From a virus, in the IMG/VR virus record IMGVR_UViG_3300021963_005690, positions 19,584-83,583 of that record: a DNA stretch of 64,000 bases; one strand, 5' to 3'. Shown here piece after piece: positions 33,777 to 44,026 of the stretch. The notes beneath the pieces were generated by a model that did not search any database, was not told where the DNA came from, and was given only the letters and a program-made list of their open reading frames with translations. How positions within the stretch are numbered: position 1 is the first letter of the stretch; each line of letters starts with the position of its first letter. The position numbers and the translations under genes were made by a program.

Positions 33777-34877
33777 TTAAATATTTGGTAAATCATCATA
33801 GTTTAATGATTCTGACATTACGCCTATAACGTAATTTGTTGATTCAGTTTCCTGCAATGCAGATTGTTTCTTACTGGTATCACTATGTTTAGTGAACCAG
33901 GGGATAGGTGTACTCTTTGGGGCAGGATTGTTATATCTTATTCCAATTTCTTTCAATGCACCTACAGCAGTATAATCAACAAAGTCTTTTAATACTGCGG
34001 CATTTAATCCAATAACCGGACCCATCTTAAACAAATAATCTGCCCAATCTTTTTCTTCTTTAATCACATCCATATAAAGTTGATAGACTTCACTTTCACA
34101 CTCTGATTTAACTTGTGCAAAACGACTATCTTCTTTAACTACTTGATTGATAAGGTAGGCAGTCCAGCCTTTATGTAACAATTCATCTTGGAGAATTAAA
34201 CTGATAATGTTGCCATTACCAATAAAGATTTTGTTTTCAACCATTGCTAACGATGTAGCAAATGATACCATAAATCTAAATGCTTCTAATGCGTAACTGG
34301 CATGTAGTGCCATATAAATTGCTTTGATATGTTCTTTTTCATTAACATTTTCATCCAACTCTTTACGACAATTTACTTTGTGTAATTCATCATAATATCT
34401 GCCAACACTACTTGCCATGTCAACAATCTCTTTTGTGTCATGGATAGTATTGAATACATCTTTAGGTACGTTATAGATATTACGAATGATATGACTATAG
34501 CTACGACTATGAATGTTAGTTTCAAAGAATGACCAATTGTATATCAATGCTTCTAATTCAGGTAAACTTACTACTGGAGTAAACACTTGACTAGGTGCAC
34601 GTCCTTGTAAACTATCTAATGCTGTTTGACGCAATAGGTTACTGGTAAAGATATGTTTTACTGCGTCACTTGCATCTTTGAAATCATTGGCATCCTTGGT
34701 TAGAGAAATTTCTTCTGGGACCCAAAAGAAACCACGGGCCGTTGTTTCAAAGTCTGCAATCTTTTTATATTTTACTTCTTCAAATCTTTGAATGGTTACG
34801 GGACCTTCCGGATCCAAAAACATTTTTCTATTCAAATAATCTGTCTTAGTGTGTAGGTTGTATTGTTGTTTACTCAT
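33777..34877 (-). CDS. nrdB: ribonucleotide reductase class Ia beta subunit
   Basis: FFWVPEEISL, QTALDSLQGR, ETNIHSRSY, DELLH, QETESTNY. Confidence 0.97.
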   Translation of the reverse strand: MSKQQYNLHTKTDYLNRKMFLDPEGPVTIQRFEEVKYKKIADFETTARGFFWVPEEISLTKDANDFKDASDAVKHIFTSNLLRQTALDSLQGRAPSQVFTPVVSLPELEALIYNWSFFETNIHSRSYSHIIRNIYNVPKDVFNTIHDTKEIVDMASSVGRYYDELHKVNCRKELDENVNEKEHIKAIYMALHASYALEAFRFMVSFATSLAMVENKIFIGNGNIISLILQDELLHKGWTAYLINQVVKEDSRFAQVKSECESEVYQLYMDVIKEEKDWADYLFKMGPVIGLNAAVLKDFVDYTAVGALKEIGIRYNNPAPKSTPIPWFTKHSDTSKKQSALQETESTNYVIGVMSESLNYDDLPNI

Positions 34878-34909
34878 ATTTTCTTTCTTTTTATTCGTTC
34901 ATTCGCCAT

Positions 34910-35599
34910 TTATTTTCTATCACCAAACAGTTGTAATAGATTTATAAACAGATTAATAAAGTCCATATATAGTGTTAATGCACCACGTACTTCTGCAACG
35001 TCATTAGCTTGTACACTTAGTTCTTCACGGATCTTTTGTGTGTCATATGCAGTTAATCCAAGAAAGATGATAATAGCTAATGCACTAATTACCATCTGCA
35101 TAACTGTACTGCCAATAAAGATATTAACAATGCTGGCAATGATGATAGCAATCAATCCTACAATCATAAACTTACCAACACTATCTAAACTTTGTTTAGT
35201 AAAGTAGCCATAACCACTCATAACACCAAATAAGATACCTGCACCCATAAATGCTGACACAATACTACCCATAGTGAATACCGCAAAGATTGTAGCAAAG
35301 CTTAATCCCATTAATGCGGCAAAGCCATGTAAACATAATTGTGCTATACTTTTACTTGGATTGTTAGCTAATACATAGCTAACACCAAAGATAGCTAATA
35401 GTGGTGAGAAAATCACAAGCCACTTTGTCCAGCCTGTAAAAAATAATTGTAGCAACTCTGGGCTAGTGCCTACAAAGTAACTGACAAACATTGATACAAT
35501 AACAGCAATACTCATATGTCCATAGACACGACCCATTGCTGAGTTAATTTCGCTGGCGGAACGATATGATATTCCATTTTGATAAGTTGTTTCAAACAT
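34910..35599 (-). CDS. Bax inhibitor-1 / YccA-family membrane protein
   Basis: multiple TM helices, TAYDTQKI, ALTLYMDFINLF..LL. Confidence 0.93.
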   Translation of the reverse strand: MFETTYQNGISYRSASEINSAMGRVYGHMSIAVIVSMFVSYFVGTSPELLQLFFTGWTKWLVIFSPLLAIFGVSYVLANNPSKSIAQLCLHGFAALMGLSFATIFAVFTMGSIVSAFMGAGILFGVMSGYGYFTKQSLDSVGKFMIVGLIAIIIASIVNIFIGSTVMQMVISALAIIIFLGLTAYDTQKIREELSVQANDVAEVRGALTLYMDFINLFINLLQLFGDRK

Positions 35600-35609
35600 A
35601 GTTTTCTCC

Positions 35610-36260
35610 TTAAAATTTACCTGAAGCAAGTACAATCTTGCAAATGTGTTCTAATCTTTCTATATGCTCGTAAGCACGCCATGGGCTTGTGTCAATGGCA
35701 ACTACACCGTGTCCTTTAATGCCTACAATATCATAAGCAATATTGCCGTCTTTATCTAACTGTAAATTCTTATGACACTTATCTGCTAATTCTTGACTGA
35801 TGGGAGGAACATCACCTACATTTGGTGCTACTTTAGTATAACGATTGAGTTCAGGGAATGAATCACATATTGTGTTTAAATCAATACCGGCATGCATTGC
35901 CGCAATACAATAAGTAGGGTGTAAATGAACTACAACTCTTACATCATTGGCGTGTTGTCCTAATTCTCGTTGTAAACCAAAGTGTAGTGGTATTTCTCCA
36001 CTAGGTTTTAGTTTCTCACTAATGTCTGTATATGCCAATTCTTTCCAAGAATAGTATGGTTTAGGAGGTTGGTCATAGTAGCCTTGTTCAATGCCAATCT
36101 TCTTAAATTGATCAGGTTGCATTGTCTGCTTACGCACACCACTGGGTGTGATGTAAAAATGGTCACGGTCATGATGGCGAATACTTACATTGCCGTCACG
36201 ACTAGTAATCCAATTACGCTTATAAGCGTCTACCATAATATCACAAATTGTTTCTAACAT
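35610..36260 (-). CDS. class II aldolase/adducin family protein
   Basis: DGNVS, ITPSG, PSGE.PLH, HLHPTY, GHGVV. Confidence 0.92.
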   Translation of the reverse strand: MLETICDIMVDAYKRNWITSRDGNVSIRHHDRDHFYITPSGVRKQTMQPDQFKKIGIEQGYYDQPPKPYYSWKELAYTDISEKLKPSGEIPLHFGLQRELGQHANDVRVVVHLHPTYCIAAMHAGIDLNTICDSFPELNRYTKVAPNVGDVPPISQELADKCHKNLQLDKDGNIAYDIVGIKGHGVVAIDTSPWRAYEHIERLEHICKIVLASGKF

Positions 36261-38581
36261 TATAATTTGCAGGCTAAGCAATCCTCTTCTTCATCTATAT
36301 CATTAAAGCCACTAGGCAAATCTAATACAGTTTCATCTTGGCTCTTACTACCTGCTTTGTTAATCAAGCTATAGTAGAATGTTTTTAATCCCCACATATG
36401 TGCCTGCATCAAGTTCTTAGCAATCAATGTTGTTGGAACTTTACGTTCAGGGAAATGTGCAGGGTTATAGAATGTATTAGTTGATATTGATTGATCTACA
36501 TAGGCTGCAATAACTGCCGCGGTCTTTAAATAACCATCACAATCTTTTTGATCCCACATCAATTGATATTTATGTTTCAATTTATGATATTCGGGAACAA
36601 CTTGCACAAAACTTCCTGCTTTACTTTCTTTTACTGATATCAAACTCATTGGCATTTCAATGCCATTAGTACTGTTGATAACTACTGAACTAGATTCTAC
36701 AGGAGCCACAGCCATTTGTGTAGCATTACGGACACCATAACTACGCATCATAGCACGTAATCCTTCCCAGTTAAGTTCTGGATCAAAGTTAGTTAATTCG
36801 TTTACACCATTGGCACGTAATTCCCAAGGAAAGATACCTTGCCCATAACGTGTTTTATCGCTATGTTCGCAACGACCACGTTCTTGTGCTAGTTCTACAC
36901 TTGCTTCAGTTAAGTAGAAGGATAGATGTTCCATCCACGTCTTGACTTCAGCCAGGGAATCTTTTTCTCCGTATCTGAGACTTCGTTTGGCGTGCCAGTA
37001 TGCAAGATTAGTAATTCCAATTCCGAGAGGTCTGATTTCATCGTTTGATAGTTTAGACTGAATGGATAGAAAGTCTTGATAGTCAAGAATGTTATTGAGG
37101 CTACGATGCAATATGCGACAAGCACGGCGCATATCTTCTGGGTTACGGAACGCACCCCAATTGATACTGCCCAATGTGCAAAGAGCGATACGACCATCGC
37201 TGTCATCCAGACGTTTAAAGGATTTAGTAGGTAAAAGAATTTCACAGCATAAGTTACTCTGGTAAATTGTATGATATTCAGGATCAAATGGTCCTTGATT
37301 CATAACATTGTCAACGAACACTAAGTAGATACGACCTGTATCTGTTCGTTCTTTAAGAATGCCCGACTTGAATACTTCTTCAGCACTCATTGTTTTCTTT
37401 CTTAAGTCTTTACGTTTTTCATATTTAATGTATAATTCTTCAAACAATTCAGTATTTGAATAGAAAGCTTGGTAAAGATCAGGAACTTCATTAGGATCAA
37501 AGAAGGTTATTTGTTCTTTGTTTTTAAATCTTCTCCAGAAGAATGCACTAAGAACAACCCCATAGTCCATGAACCTGACACGTGTTTCGTCGGTTCCTTG
37601 ATTGTTTTTAAGTACGATAAGATCATCAAACTGATGATGCCAAATGGGATAAAATACAGTAGCACTTGCATTACGAATACCTCCTTGACTGCAACTTCTT
37701 AAGTCACCGAACCATTTCTTTAAGAACGGAATCATGCCGGTGTGCATAATCTCGCCACCACGAATAGGACTGCCTAATGGTCGTAGTCTACCAATTTCTA
37801 AGCCTATGCCAGCACGTTTGCTAGCATACTTTGCCATCATCTCACCAGAAGCAAATATGCTATCCAGATCGTCGTCACTGCGGATAAGTACGCAACTACT
37901 AAACTGTTTAGTAGGAGTCCCAAGACCAGCGAGAACAGGAGTAGCAAGAGTGAACAACCCATCACTGGCTGCATTGTAATATTCTTTAATATAACGCATA
38001 CGGGCGTTATTAGGTTCTTCTTTATGAAAAACTGTAGCGGCTGCAACCATGTATCTAATTTGAGGTGTTTCATATGTTTGTTTTGTTGAACGATTACGAA
38101 CAAGATATTTTTCAATTAATTGCTCAATGGCGGCATAACTATATTGTTCATCTTTAGAATGGTCAAGCATGTCATCCATCTTGTTCCAATCATCTTCACT
38201 ATACCATTCTAGTAGTTCTGGCGTATATAATCCTGTAGCTACATTAGTTACTACAATATCATAAAGACGGGGAGGTTCATAGTTGCCGTATACTGATTTT
38301 CTCAACATAGATAAACGTTGTTTACCTGCTACATATTGATAGTTTGTATGTCCTACATCTGGATTGTTTTCTACGTCAATCAAGTCAACTACAGCACGTA
38401 ACGTAATTTCATCTATCTCTTTTGTGGTTATTCCATCATAGAAATGTAGTTGACTTTTAATTTCCACCATCGATGGACTAACATCTGCTATTCCTTTGCA
38501 CACTGTAGCAACCTGTGCTTGCCATTTTTCTATCATTAATGGTTCTTTTTTCCCACTTCGTTTAATAATACTAATATTCAT
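36260..38581 (-). CDS. nrdA: ribonucleotide reductase class Ia alpha subunit
   Basis: ATP cone, QFSSCVLI, SNLCCEI, CTLGSIN, KTFYY, C-terminal CLAC. Confidence 0.97.
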   Translation of the reverse strand: MNISIIKRSGKKEPLMIEKWQAQVATVCKGIADVSPSMVEIKSQLHFYDGITTKEIDEITLRAVVDLIDVENNPDVGHTNYQYVAGKQRLSMLRKSVYGNYEPPRLYDIVVTNVATGLYTPELLEWYSEDDWNKMDDMLDHSKDEQYSYAAIEQLIEKYLVRNRSTKQTYETPQIRYMVAAATVFHKEEPNNARMRYIKEYYNAASDGLFTLATPVLAGLGTPTKQFSSCVLIRSDDDLDSIFASGEMMAKYASKRAGIGLEIGRLRPLGSPIRGGEIMHTGMIPFLKKWFGDLRSCSQGGIRNASATVFYPIWHHQFDDLIVLKNNQGTDETRVRFMDYGVVLSAFFWRRFKNKEQITFFDPNEVPDLYQAFYSNTELFEELYIKYEKRKDLRKKTMSAEEVFKSGILKERTDTGRIYLVFVDNVMNQGPFDPEYHTIYQSNLCCEILLPTKSFKRLDDSDGRIALCTLGSINWGAFRNPEDMRRACRILHRSLNNILDYQDFLSIQSKLSNDEIRPLGIGITNLAYWHAKRSLRYGEKDSLAEVKTWMEHLSFYLTEASVELAQERGRCEHSDKTRYGQGIFPWELRANGVNELTNFDPELNWEGLRAMMRSYGVRNATQMAVAPVESSSVVINSTNGIEMPMSLISVKESKAGSFVQVVPEYHKLKHKYQLMWDQKDCDGYLKTAAVIAAYVDQSISTNTFYNPAHFPERKVPTTLIAKNLMQAHMWGLKTFYYSLINKAGSKSQDETVLDLPSGFNDIDEEEDCLACKL

Positions 38582-38584
38582 TTA

Positions 38585-39223
38585 TTACCTTTTATTTTTA
38601 TTTTGACATTTTCCGTTAAGATGCCATCTATTAAACATACCAATACTTGCTAATATGCCACAGGCGTCACATTTTTTCTTTGAGAGTTTTTTACCATAGT
38701 TAGGATTATTTTCTCCTGTTTTACCATACATTGGGTTTTTTGATCCTGATTGATCAAAATTTATTCGTTTAACTCCTACTTTTGATAACTTTATAGCATC
38801 TCTACTTTCGGAAGTATGCTTATAGCCATATGCCGGATGTTCTTCTCTTTTTTTACCATGCATGGGATTGTGTTCTCCGGTCATGTCTGGTCGTTTTTTA
38901 CCATATGCATGGTGTTTTTCTTTTGTTCTTCCAAACATACCATTTTGTTTTCCAATCAAACGAACACCATCTCCTCCATTAGTTTTATTTCTTAAAATTC
39001 CCGTACCCAAATCTATCCTACCATATGTTTTTATTAAATTAATTTCATGTTCCTTTGCTTCGGTATCAGTTAAATTTTCTTGTAATATAACAATACGTGA
39101 TATATCTGTTGGTTTGCCTATTTCATTTTTAGCTTTTGTCCAAGCCCTTTTATCCTTACCCTTACCTATATAGTAAGGGGTACCATCTTCTCGTAAATAC
39201 GCATAAACATAAAACTGATTCAT
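38585..39223 (-). CDS. GIY-YIG homing endonuclease with NUMOD3 repeats
   Basis: FYVYAYLREDGTPYYIGKG, LRNKTNGGDG, NPMYGK. Confidence 0.9.
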   Translation of the reverse strand: MNQFYVYAYLREDGTPYYIGKGKDKRAWTKAKNEIGKPTDISRIVILQENLTDTEAKEHEINLIKTYGRIDLGTGILRNKTNGGDGVRLIGKQNGMFGRTKEKHHAYGKKRPDMTGEHNPMHGKKREEHPAYGYKHTSESRDAIKLSKVGVKRINFDQSGSKNPMYGKTGENNPNYGKKLSKKKCDACGILASIGMFNRWHLNGKCQNKNKR

Positions 39224-39654
39224 CTTATTTTTTCTTTCAATGAGTCTATACTTATTCGGGTTGATAGCGTAAAATCTGTTGTTTTATTGGTTTGTACAGT
39301 GTTAGGCCAATAATTAAGTACATAGGTATCATATACTATAACTAATGAAACATCATCTCCTTGAGAATCAGTAGCTAACACAAACTCTATATCAGTAATA
39401 TCCATTAATAGTAGAGTATAACACATTCCTAGACCTCTTGCAAGCGTACAATAGGTGTTTTCTACCAAAAGTTCCCAAGGACCGGGCCATGTGGGTAAAT
39501 CAATTGGATGTAAATAATGGTTAACTAATGGGGCACGTTGCCACCATTTGTCTATTTCTACACATTGTTGATCTAAATCAAAATCTTTGATTTGATTGCG
39601 TAAATTATACCAGCTTTGTAATCTATTGTCGTAAGACGATTGAAATGAGTTCAT
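39220..39654 (-). CDS. conserved phage hypothetical protein
   Basis: RL.SW..LR, WW..AP, WPGPWELL..N.YC. Confidence 0.75.
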   Translation of the reverse strand: MNSFQSSYDNRLQSWYNLRNQIKDFDLDQQCVEIDKWWQRAPLVNHYLHPIDLPTWPGPWELLVENTYCTLARGLGMCYTLLLMDITDIEFVLATDSQGDDVSLVIVYDTYVLNYWPNTVQTNKTTDFTLSTRISIDSLKEKIR

Positions 39655-39665
39655 TAGATAACTAC

Positions 39666-40442
39666 TTATCTATTTTCAATATTAGCTAGCGTTTTCCTTG
39701 TTTTAGTCATATCAGCACATGTGTATTTCTGATAATTGTTTTTCAATATCTCTGGAATCGGAATTTCAACTACTTTAACATTGAAAGTGTTTGCTATATC
39801 CAAGAAACTCATAGGTTTCCCACTACCTACATTAAATATCCCGGATTCTTTCACATTTAAAAACTTTAAGTGAATATCTATTACATCTTCTACAGGAACA
39901 AAATCTCTCTTATGTTCTGCACTATTTTCAAATACACTAATTTCCCCCGTCTTTGATTGCTGATAAAACTGACTGAAGGGGCTTGCTTGTTTATCTTTGT
40001 GCTCTTCTCCTATACCATTTAATGCATATACATTAAAGTATCTAAATCCTTGTACTATACTTCCTGTAGGATGTTTTTCTACATATCTCTCAAATAAATA
40101 CTTGCTCCAGGCATAAGGATTTCTTGGATCAACTGGAGCAGTTTCAGTAAAATCTGTACCCAATCCATACACACTTGCACTACTAGAATATTGCATATTA
40201 ACTCCAAATGTTTTACATTCTTCATATAAGTCTATGCTAAACTCTGTGTTCTGTCTAAGTATCTTATCAATATCACGTTCGGTTGTGCTACTGATTCCAC
40301 CCATATGAATTACCCAATTAAAATCTATTACACTAGGTCTAATGCCATCCGACCACTCATATGTAGTAACATCATGCTCTGCTAGTGCTTTAAGCATATA
40401 ACTGCCTATAAAGCCTTTATGCCCTGTTAATAATATTTTCAT
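39666..40442 (-). CDS. ADP-heptose 6-epimerase-like NAD-dependent epimerase (GmhD/HldD)
   Basis: TG.KGFIG, SSTTE, SSASVYG, Y..SK, RYFNVY, YQ.YT.AD. Confidence 0.88.
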   Translation of the reverse strand: MKILLTGHKGFIGSYMLKALAEHDVTTYEWSDGIRPSVIDFNWVIHMGGISSTTERDIDKILRQNTEFSIDLYEECKTFGVNMQYSSSASVYGLGTDFTETAPVDPRNPYAWSKYLFERYVEKHPTGSIVQGFRYFNVYALNGIGEEHKDKQASPFSQFYQQSKTGEISVFENSAEHKRDFVPVEDVIDIHLKFLNVKESGIFNVGSGKPMSFLDIANTFNVKVVEIPIPEILKNNYQKYTCADMTKTRKTLANIENR

Positions 40443-40732
40443 TTAAAATATGTACCTACGTTAAATGCTTTATCATCAATCCAAATATCATATGCAGGCT
40501 TACCCGACTTAGCAGTTGTATACTTTACACCCCAATCAGCTAATTGCATTAATGTAAGGTTATCCCAATTTTTTCCACTATTAGCACCACGTGCTGTCCA
40601 ATAATGTATCTCATTACCAGCATCATATAACATATTAAAATGTTGTATACGTGATAGATAAGGTTCAGCATTAGCATAATCACCATTGGTTGTAGTACAT
40701 ATTGTACCATCTATATCTACAATATATTTCAT
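40439..40732 (-). CDS. minimal HAD-family phosphatase
   Basis: DIDGT, TARG, KP..D.WIDDKA. Confidence 0.85.
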   Translation of the reverse strand: MKYIVDIDGTICTTTNGDYANAEPYLSRIQHFNMLYDAGNEIHYWTARGANSGKNWDNLTLMQLADWGVKYTTAKSGKPAYDIWIDDKAFNVGTYFK

Positions 40733-41085
40733 TTTTGACTATCTCCGGGTAGTATTCTATAATTATCTTCTACACTATCGGGTGTACTAACTTCACAAAT
40801 CACACCCTCTTCAATACATATTAACTGATGCGGTAATAATGGTGGGTTATGCCATGTATCACCCTTCTCTAATATATGTTCGTATTGTGTTGCGTTTGCT
40901 GTATTGATACATATAACTTTGAACTTACCGGATACAACATGCCAAGTTTCATCTTTGATTGCATGAAAGTGCATACTAAATTTAGAGCCAGTATTAAAGT
41001 GCAACATCTTTCCGCAATATTTATCATTGGTAGCCCAGATATTTTCTGCTCCCCAACCCTTCTCTACAAATCCTTCAAGTCGCAT
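40729..41085 (-). CDS. cupin sugar-isomerase-like protein
   Basis: KGWG.E, SMHFH..KDETW, H, EVSTPD...DNYR. Confidence 0.8.
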   Translation of the reverse strand: MRLEGFVEKGWGAENIWATNDKYCGKMLHFNTGSKFSMHFHAIKDETWHVVSGKFKVICINTANATQYEHILEKGDTWHNPPLLPHQLICIEEGVICEVSTPDSVEDNYRILPGDSQK

Positions 41086-41830
41086 TTATTTCCTTTAATG
41101 TAGGTGCATATACACCAATGTGCTGTACTGTAATAGAACTAGCTTTAATAGCAAAAGATATTGCTTGTTCCATATCTTTTGTTGTTAAATATCCATAAGT
41201 CAATGCTGATAAGAATGTGTCTCCTGCACCGCACACATCAAATGCATCTACTTTAGGCACGTTGAATGTTTTGTTATTATATGATACACTACTGCCACCA
41301 TGGGTGATTACCATGTTAGAACAATCACTAGTTCTGCTATTATACTCTGTTTCATTGATCTTTACTATACATCCTTCAAACAGTTTTAAATCACGTTTCT
41401 TTGTATCAACAAAGATAGGACCATTATACTGTTGTCTAATGCCAATAATCAATTCTTCTGTAACAAAGCCTTTAGCATAATCAGAAATAACTATAGCATC
41501 ACTATCAGTTATAAATTCTAATATATAGTCTAATTTGCAAGGATGAGATTTCACATCGTCATCAATACGCATTAGTTGTTGTTTAGATTTTACATCTATT
41601 AAGCGTTTCTTTTTAGACGGGTCACCTAAGAAAGATGAAACAGTCAATCCCAATGCTAATAGATTTTCTTTTACATTGCTACCCATGCCTGATTTGATAT
41701 CAGTATGTTTAGGAACAAAAACGGGTACAGGAGCTTCTGGGCTAATTCTATCTACTGTACCATATTGATATTCATCAATGCAAGTGTCGCCTATTAATGT
41801 AATTTTCAATTGTTTTTGTTGTTGATTCAT
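41075..41830 (-). CDS. heptose-7-phosphate kinase (RfaE domain I / HldA, PfkB family)
   Basis: RISPEAPVPV, SDYAKG, DVCGAGDTF. Confidence 0.92.
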   Translation of the reverse strand: MNQQQKQLKITLIGDTCIDEYQYGTVDRISPEAPVPVFVPKHTDIKSGMGSNVKENLLALGLTVSSFLGDPSKKKRLIDVKSKQQLMRIDDDVKSHPCKLDYILEFITDSDAIVISDYAKGFVTEELIIGIRQQYNGPIFVDTKKRDLKLFEGCIVKINETEYNSRTSDCSNMVITHGGSSVSYNNKTFNVPKVDAFDVCGAGDTFLSALTYGYLTTKDMEQAISFAIKASSITVQHIGVYAPTLKEINAT

Positions 41831-42182
41831 CTATCGTTCTATCAAAGAATACTAACTCTTTAGCATACTCTGACCCTATTACTGTTTTATCTTTCCAATC
41901 ACTGCCAACTAGCATTATGTCTGGACTGTATTGTTCAATTATGTTTTCTAATTCAAAATCTGTATTAAAAACTAATACTTTATCAACAGCTTTTAAGTTA
42001 CTAAGTAATGCTATTCTATTATCTATTTTATTGAATGGTCTATCACTGCCTTTTTTCTCTGTTACTCTGTTATCGGAATCAATTGCTACTACAAGATATG
42101 TACCTAAACTCTTTGCATAGTTTAATAGTTCCAAATGGCCTATATGCAATATATCAAATGTCCCGTTAACAAAAACTTTCAT
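41775..42182 (-). CDS. heptose-1-phosphate nucleotidyltransferase (RfaE domain II / HldC)
   Basis: NGTFDILHIGH, KG.DRP, STT. Confidence 0.9.
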   Translation of the reverse strand: MKVFVNGTFDILHIGHLELLNYAKSLGTYLVVAIDSDNRVTEKKGSDRPFNKIDNRIALLSNLKAVDKVLVFNTDFELENIIEQYSPDIMLVGSDWKDKTVIGSEYAKELVFFDRTIDESTTKTIENYINRRHLH

Positions 42183-42970
42183 AGTCCCAATGATTTACGA
42201 ATATTTGTTGCACTTATGGCATGTATTTTGTCATCAAATGTTTCTTGTTCAATCTTATATCCAACATCACGTCCATATGTAATATTCACAATGTTTGGCA
42301 CAACTTGAATCTCATATTGACCTTGATATAATGGATCTAAATCACGTTTAATAAATGATTTGACTTTTTCAATTTCAAATGGGTTACTTCCTTGCCAACC
42401 TTGACAGTCCCGTATTTGAATAACAACCTGTCCTGTCTTATTTATAGCACGTTCAAACAATGCACTATGACCATCATGCCATGGTTGCCACCGTCCTAGC
42501 ATTTGCACCGTTTCTTTTTTCCAATCAAAAATAGGTCTGCGTCTATTGTCATATAGATGTGCAAATATAAACTCACTCCATTTTTCTGAGTTTTGTTCGG
42601 TGATACGGAAATCATATACTTCTGGTGGAATGAATGCTTTGTTAGTATCTTCATAGCGACCCTCTTTTATTGTATCTACCCAAATAGTCCAATCAGCTTT
42701 GAAGTTATTACGCATCTCAACTAGTGGTGCAACAAAGTCACATATAACGTAATCAACATCAGTCATTGCATCTGCTAGTTCACGCATACGCAAACTTTGA
42801 CGTATACGTCCTTCTTTGCTGAAATCCCAATCATTATATTTTTTACGAACATCATCTGCGTTTAGCCAAGCTACACGTTTATTAGCTGTTTGTAAGTGAC
42901 CGAGTAAGTGTTGTGCCAGATAAGTTTTGCCTGAGCCTGGCAGACCCATAATTAGAATACGTTGTGTCAT
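42179..42970 (-). CDS. APS-kinase-like P-loop kinase fused to a nucleotidyltransferase-like domain
   Basis: GLPGSGKT, NADDVR, DFS.EGR; GRWQPWHDGH, ISAT.IR. Confidence 0.8.
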   Translation of the reverse strand: MTQRILIMGLPGSGKTYLAQHLLGHLQTANKRVAWLNADDVRKKYNDWDFSKEGRIRQSLRMRELADAMTDVDYVICDFVAPLVEMRNNFKADWTIWVDTIKEGRYEDTNKAFIPPEVYDFRITEQNSEKWSEFIFAHLYDNRRRPIFDWKKETVQMLGRWQPWHDGHSALFERAINKTGQVVIQIRDCQGWQGSNPFEIEKVKSFIKRDLDPLYQGQYEIQVVPNIVNITYGRDVGYKIEQETFDDKIHAISATNIRKSLGL

Positions 42971-43024
42971 GTTTATCTCCTGATATAAAAATATTTATAG
43001 TAGAGATATATTACCCGTTTATTT

Positions 43025-43405
43025 TTAACTATCGTTAACTTTGCCAAATTTTTCATTAGCTATAGAGATTACTGACGGGTGATGGCCTTTTCTGCAATCA
43101 AATTGTCTACACGCTATGGGTCTATATTCATATATAGAACATTTACCATTTACAAACATATTACAACCTCCACCATTTTTCTTAAAGATTGTTACTATAG
43201 GACCTATATTAGGATTAGCATTACGTTGTTCAAGTGTGGGTGTAACTAAACTTAGTGGATATTTACCTGAACTAATTTCGTCCGGAGTTAAATTAGGAGC
43301 AAGTAATTCACAACATCTAGTACATGTGCCACACGGTACATCCTCAATAGGTTCATCCGTTGTGATAGATGTTAAATTTATAGACAAAATGTTGAAGTGT
43401 TGCAT
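43025..43405 (-). CDS. YkgJ-like CxxCxxCC Fe-S/Zn protein
   Basis: CGTCTRCC...C.....KCSIYEYRPIACRQFDC. Confidence 0.88.
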   Translation of the reverse strand: MQHFNILSINLTSITTDEPIEDVPCGTCTRCCELLAPNLTPDEISSGKYPLSLVTPTLEQRNANPNIGPIVTIFKKNGGGCNMFVNGKCSIYEYRPIACRQFDCRKGHHPSVISIANEKFGKVNDS

Positions 43406-44026
43406 TTATTTCTCAAATGTGATAAAAAATACTTGAGTTAGTCTGCTATCTTCTTTTGTAGTACCAAAATATTTATTTGACTTATGATAGATATCACCTT
43501 TGTATATTACTAACCGATTAAACACATTACCAATTATATCTACCGGGGTGAATAGTTGTTGATATAGTTCAACATCTTCTTTTGTGTTAATTTGTTTTAA
43601 TTTATTATACCCAGCCTGATCATTCATATAGCTTGTCCATTTATCAACATCATTGCAACGATATAACGTTGTACCCGTTGATGGGTCAGCATTTGGATTC
43701 AAGTACAATAATGCGGCATAATCAATATTATTATCTTGATGTACCCAACTGTCACCGTCATTTTCAGTTGTTAGCTGAAAATAAGATTTGATACTTAGGC
43801 CTTGTTTTCCTGTCATTCTTGTTATAATATTTGAAACTGCATTAAGTACGTTATCACCGTATATTTTATCAAGATCGTATACATGATCTGTTCTTGAACC
43901 TGGCCAATCTGTATGTGTATTATATTTTTGTGTAAATTGTTGTGCGTTTAAAAATTCTTGTTGTAATGCCCAAGCCCTAACTTGATTTGGATATGGTAAA
44001 AAATTATTAATTGTTAGAGTATCCAT
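43406..44026 (-). CDS. 2OG-Fe(II) oxygenase-like protein (DUF6445-like)
   Basis: NFLPYP..VR, WPG.R, WVHQD, GT.LY, NRL, RLTQVFF. Confidence 0.75.
   Translation of the reverse strand: MDTLTINNFLPYPNQVRAWALQQEFLNAQQFTQKYNTHTDWPGSRTDHVYDLDKIYGDNVLNAVSNIITRMTGKQGLSIKSYFQLTTENDGDSWVHQDNNIDYAALLYLNPNADPSTGTTLYRCNDVDKWTSYMNDQAGYNKLKQINTKEDVELYQQLFTPVDIIGNVFNRLVIYKGDIYHKSNKYFGTTKEDSRLTQVFFITFEK

Noticed and set aside
33777-38581. Introns or inteins in nrdA/nrdB
   Set aside because: Both ORFs are continuous and of normal length; the nearby endonucleases are free-standing.
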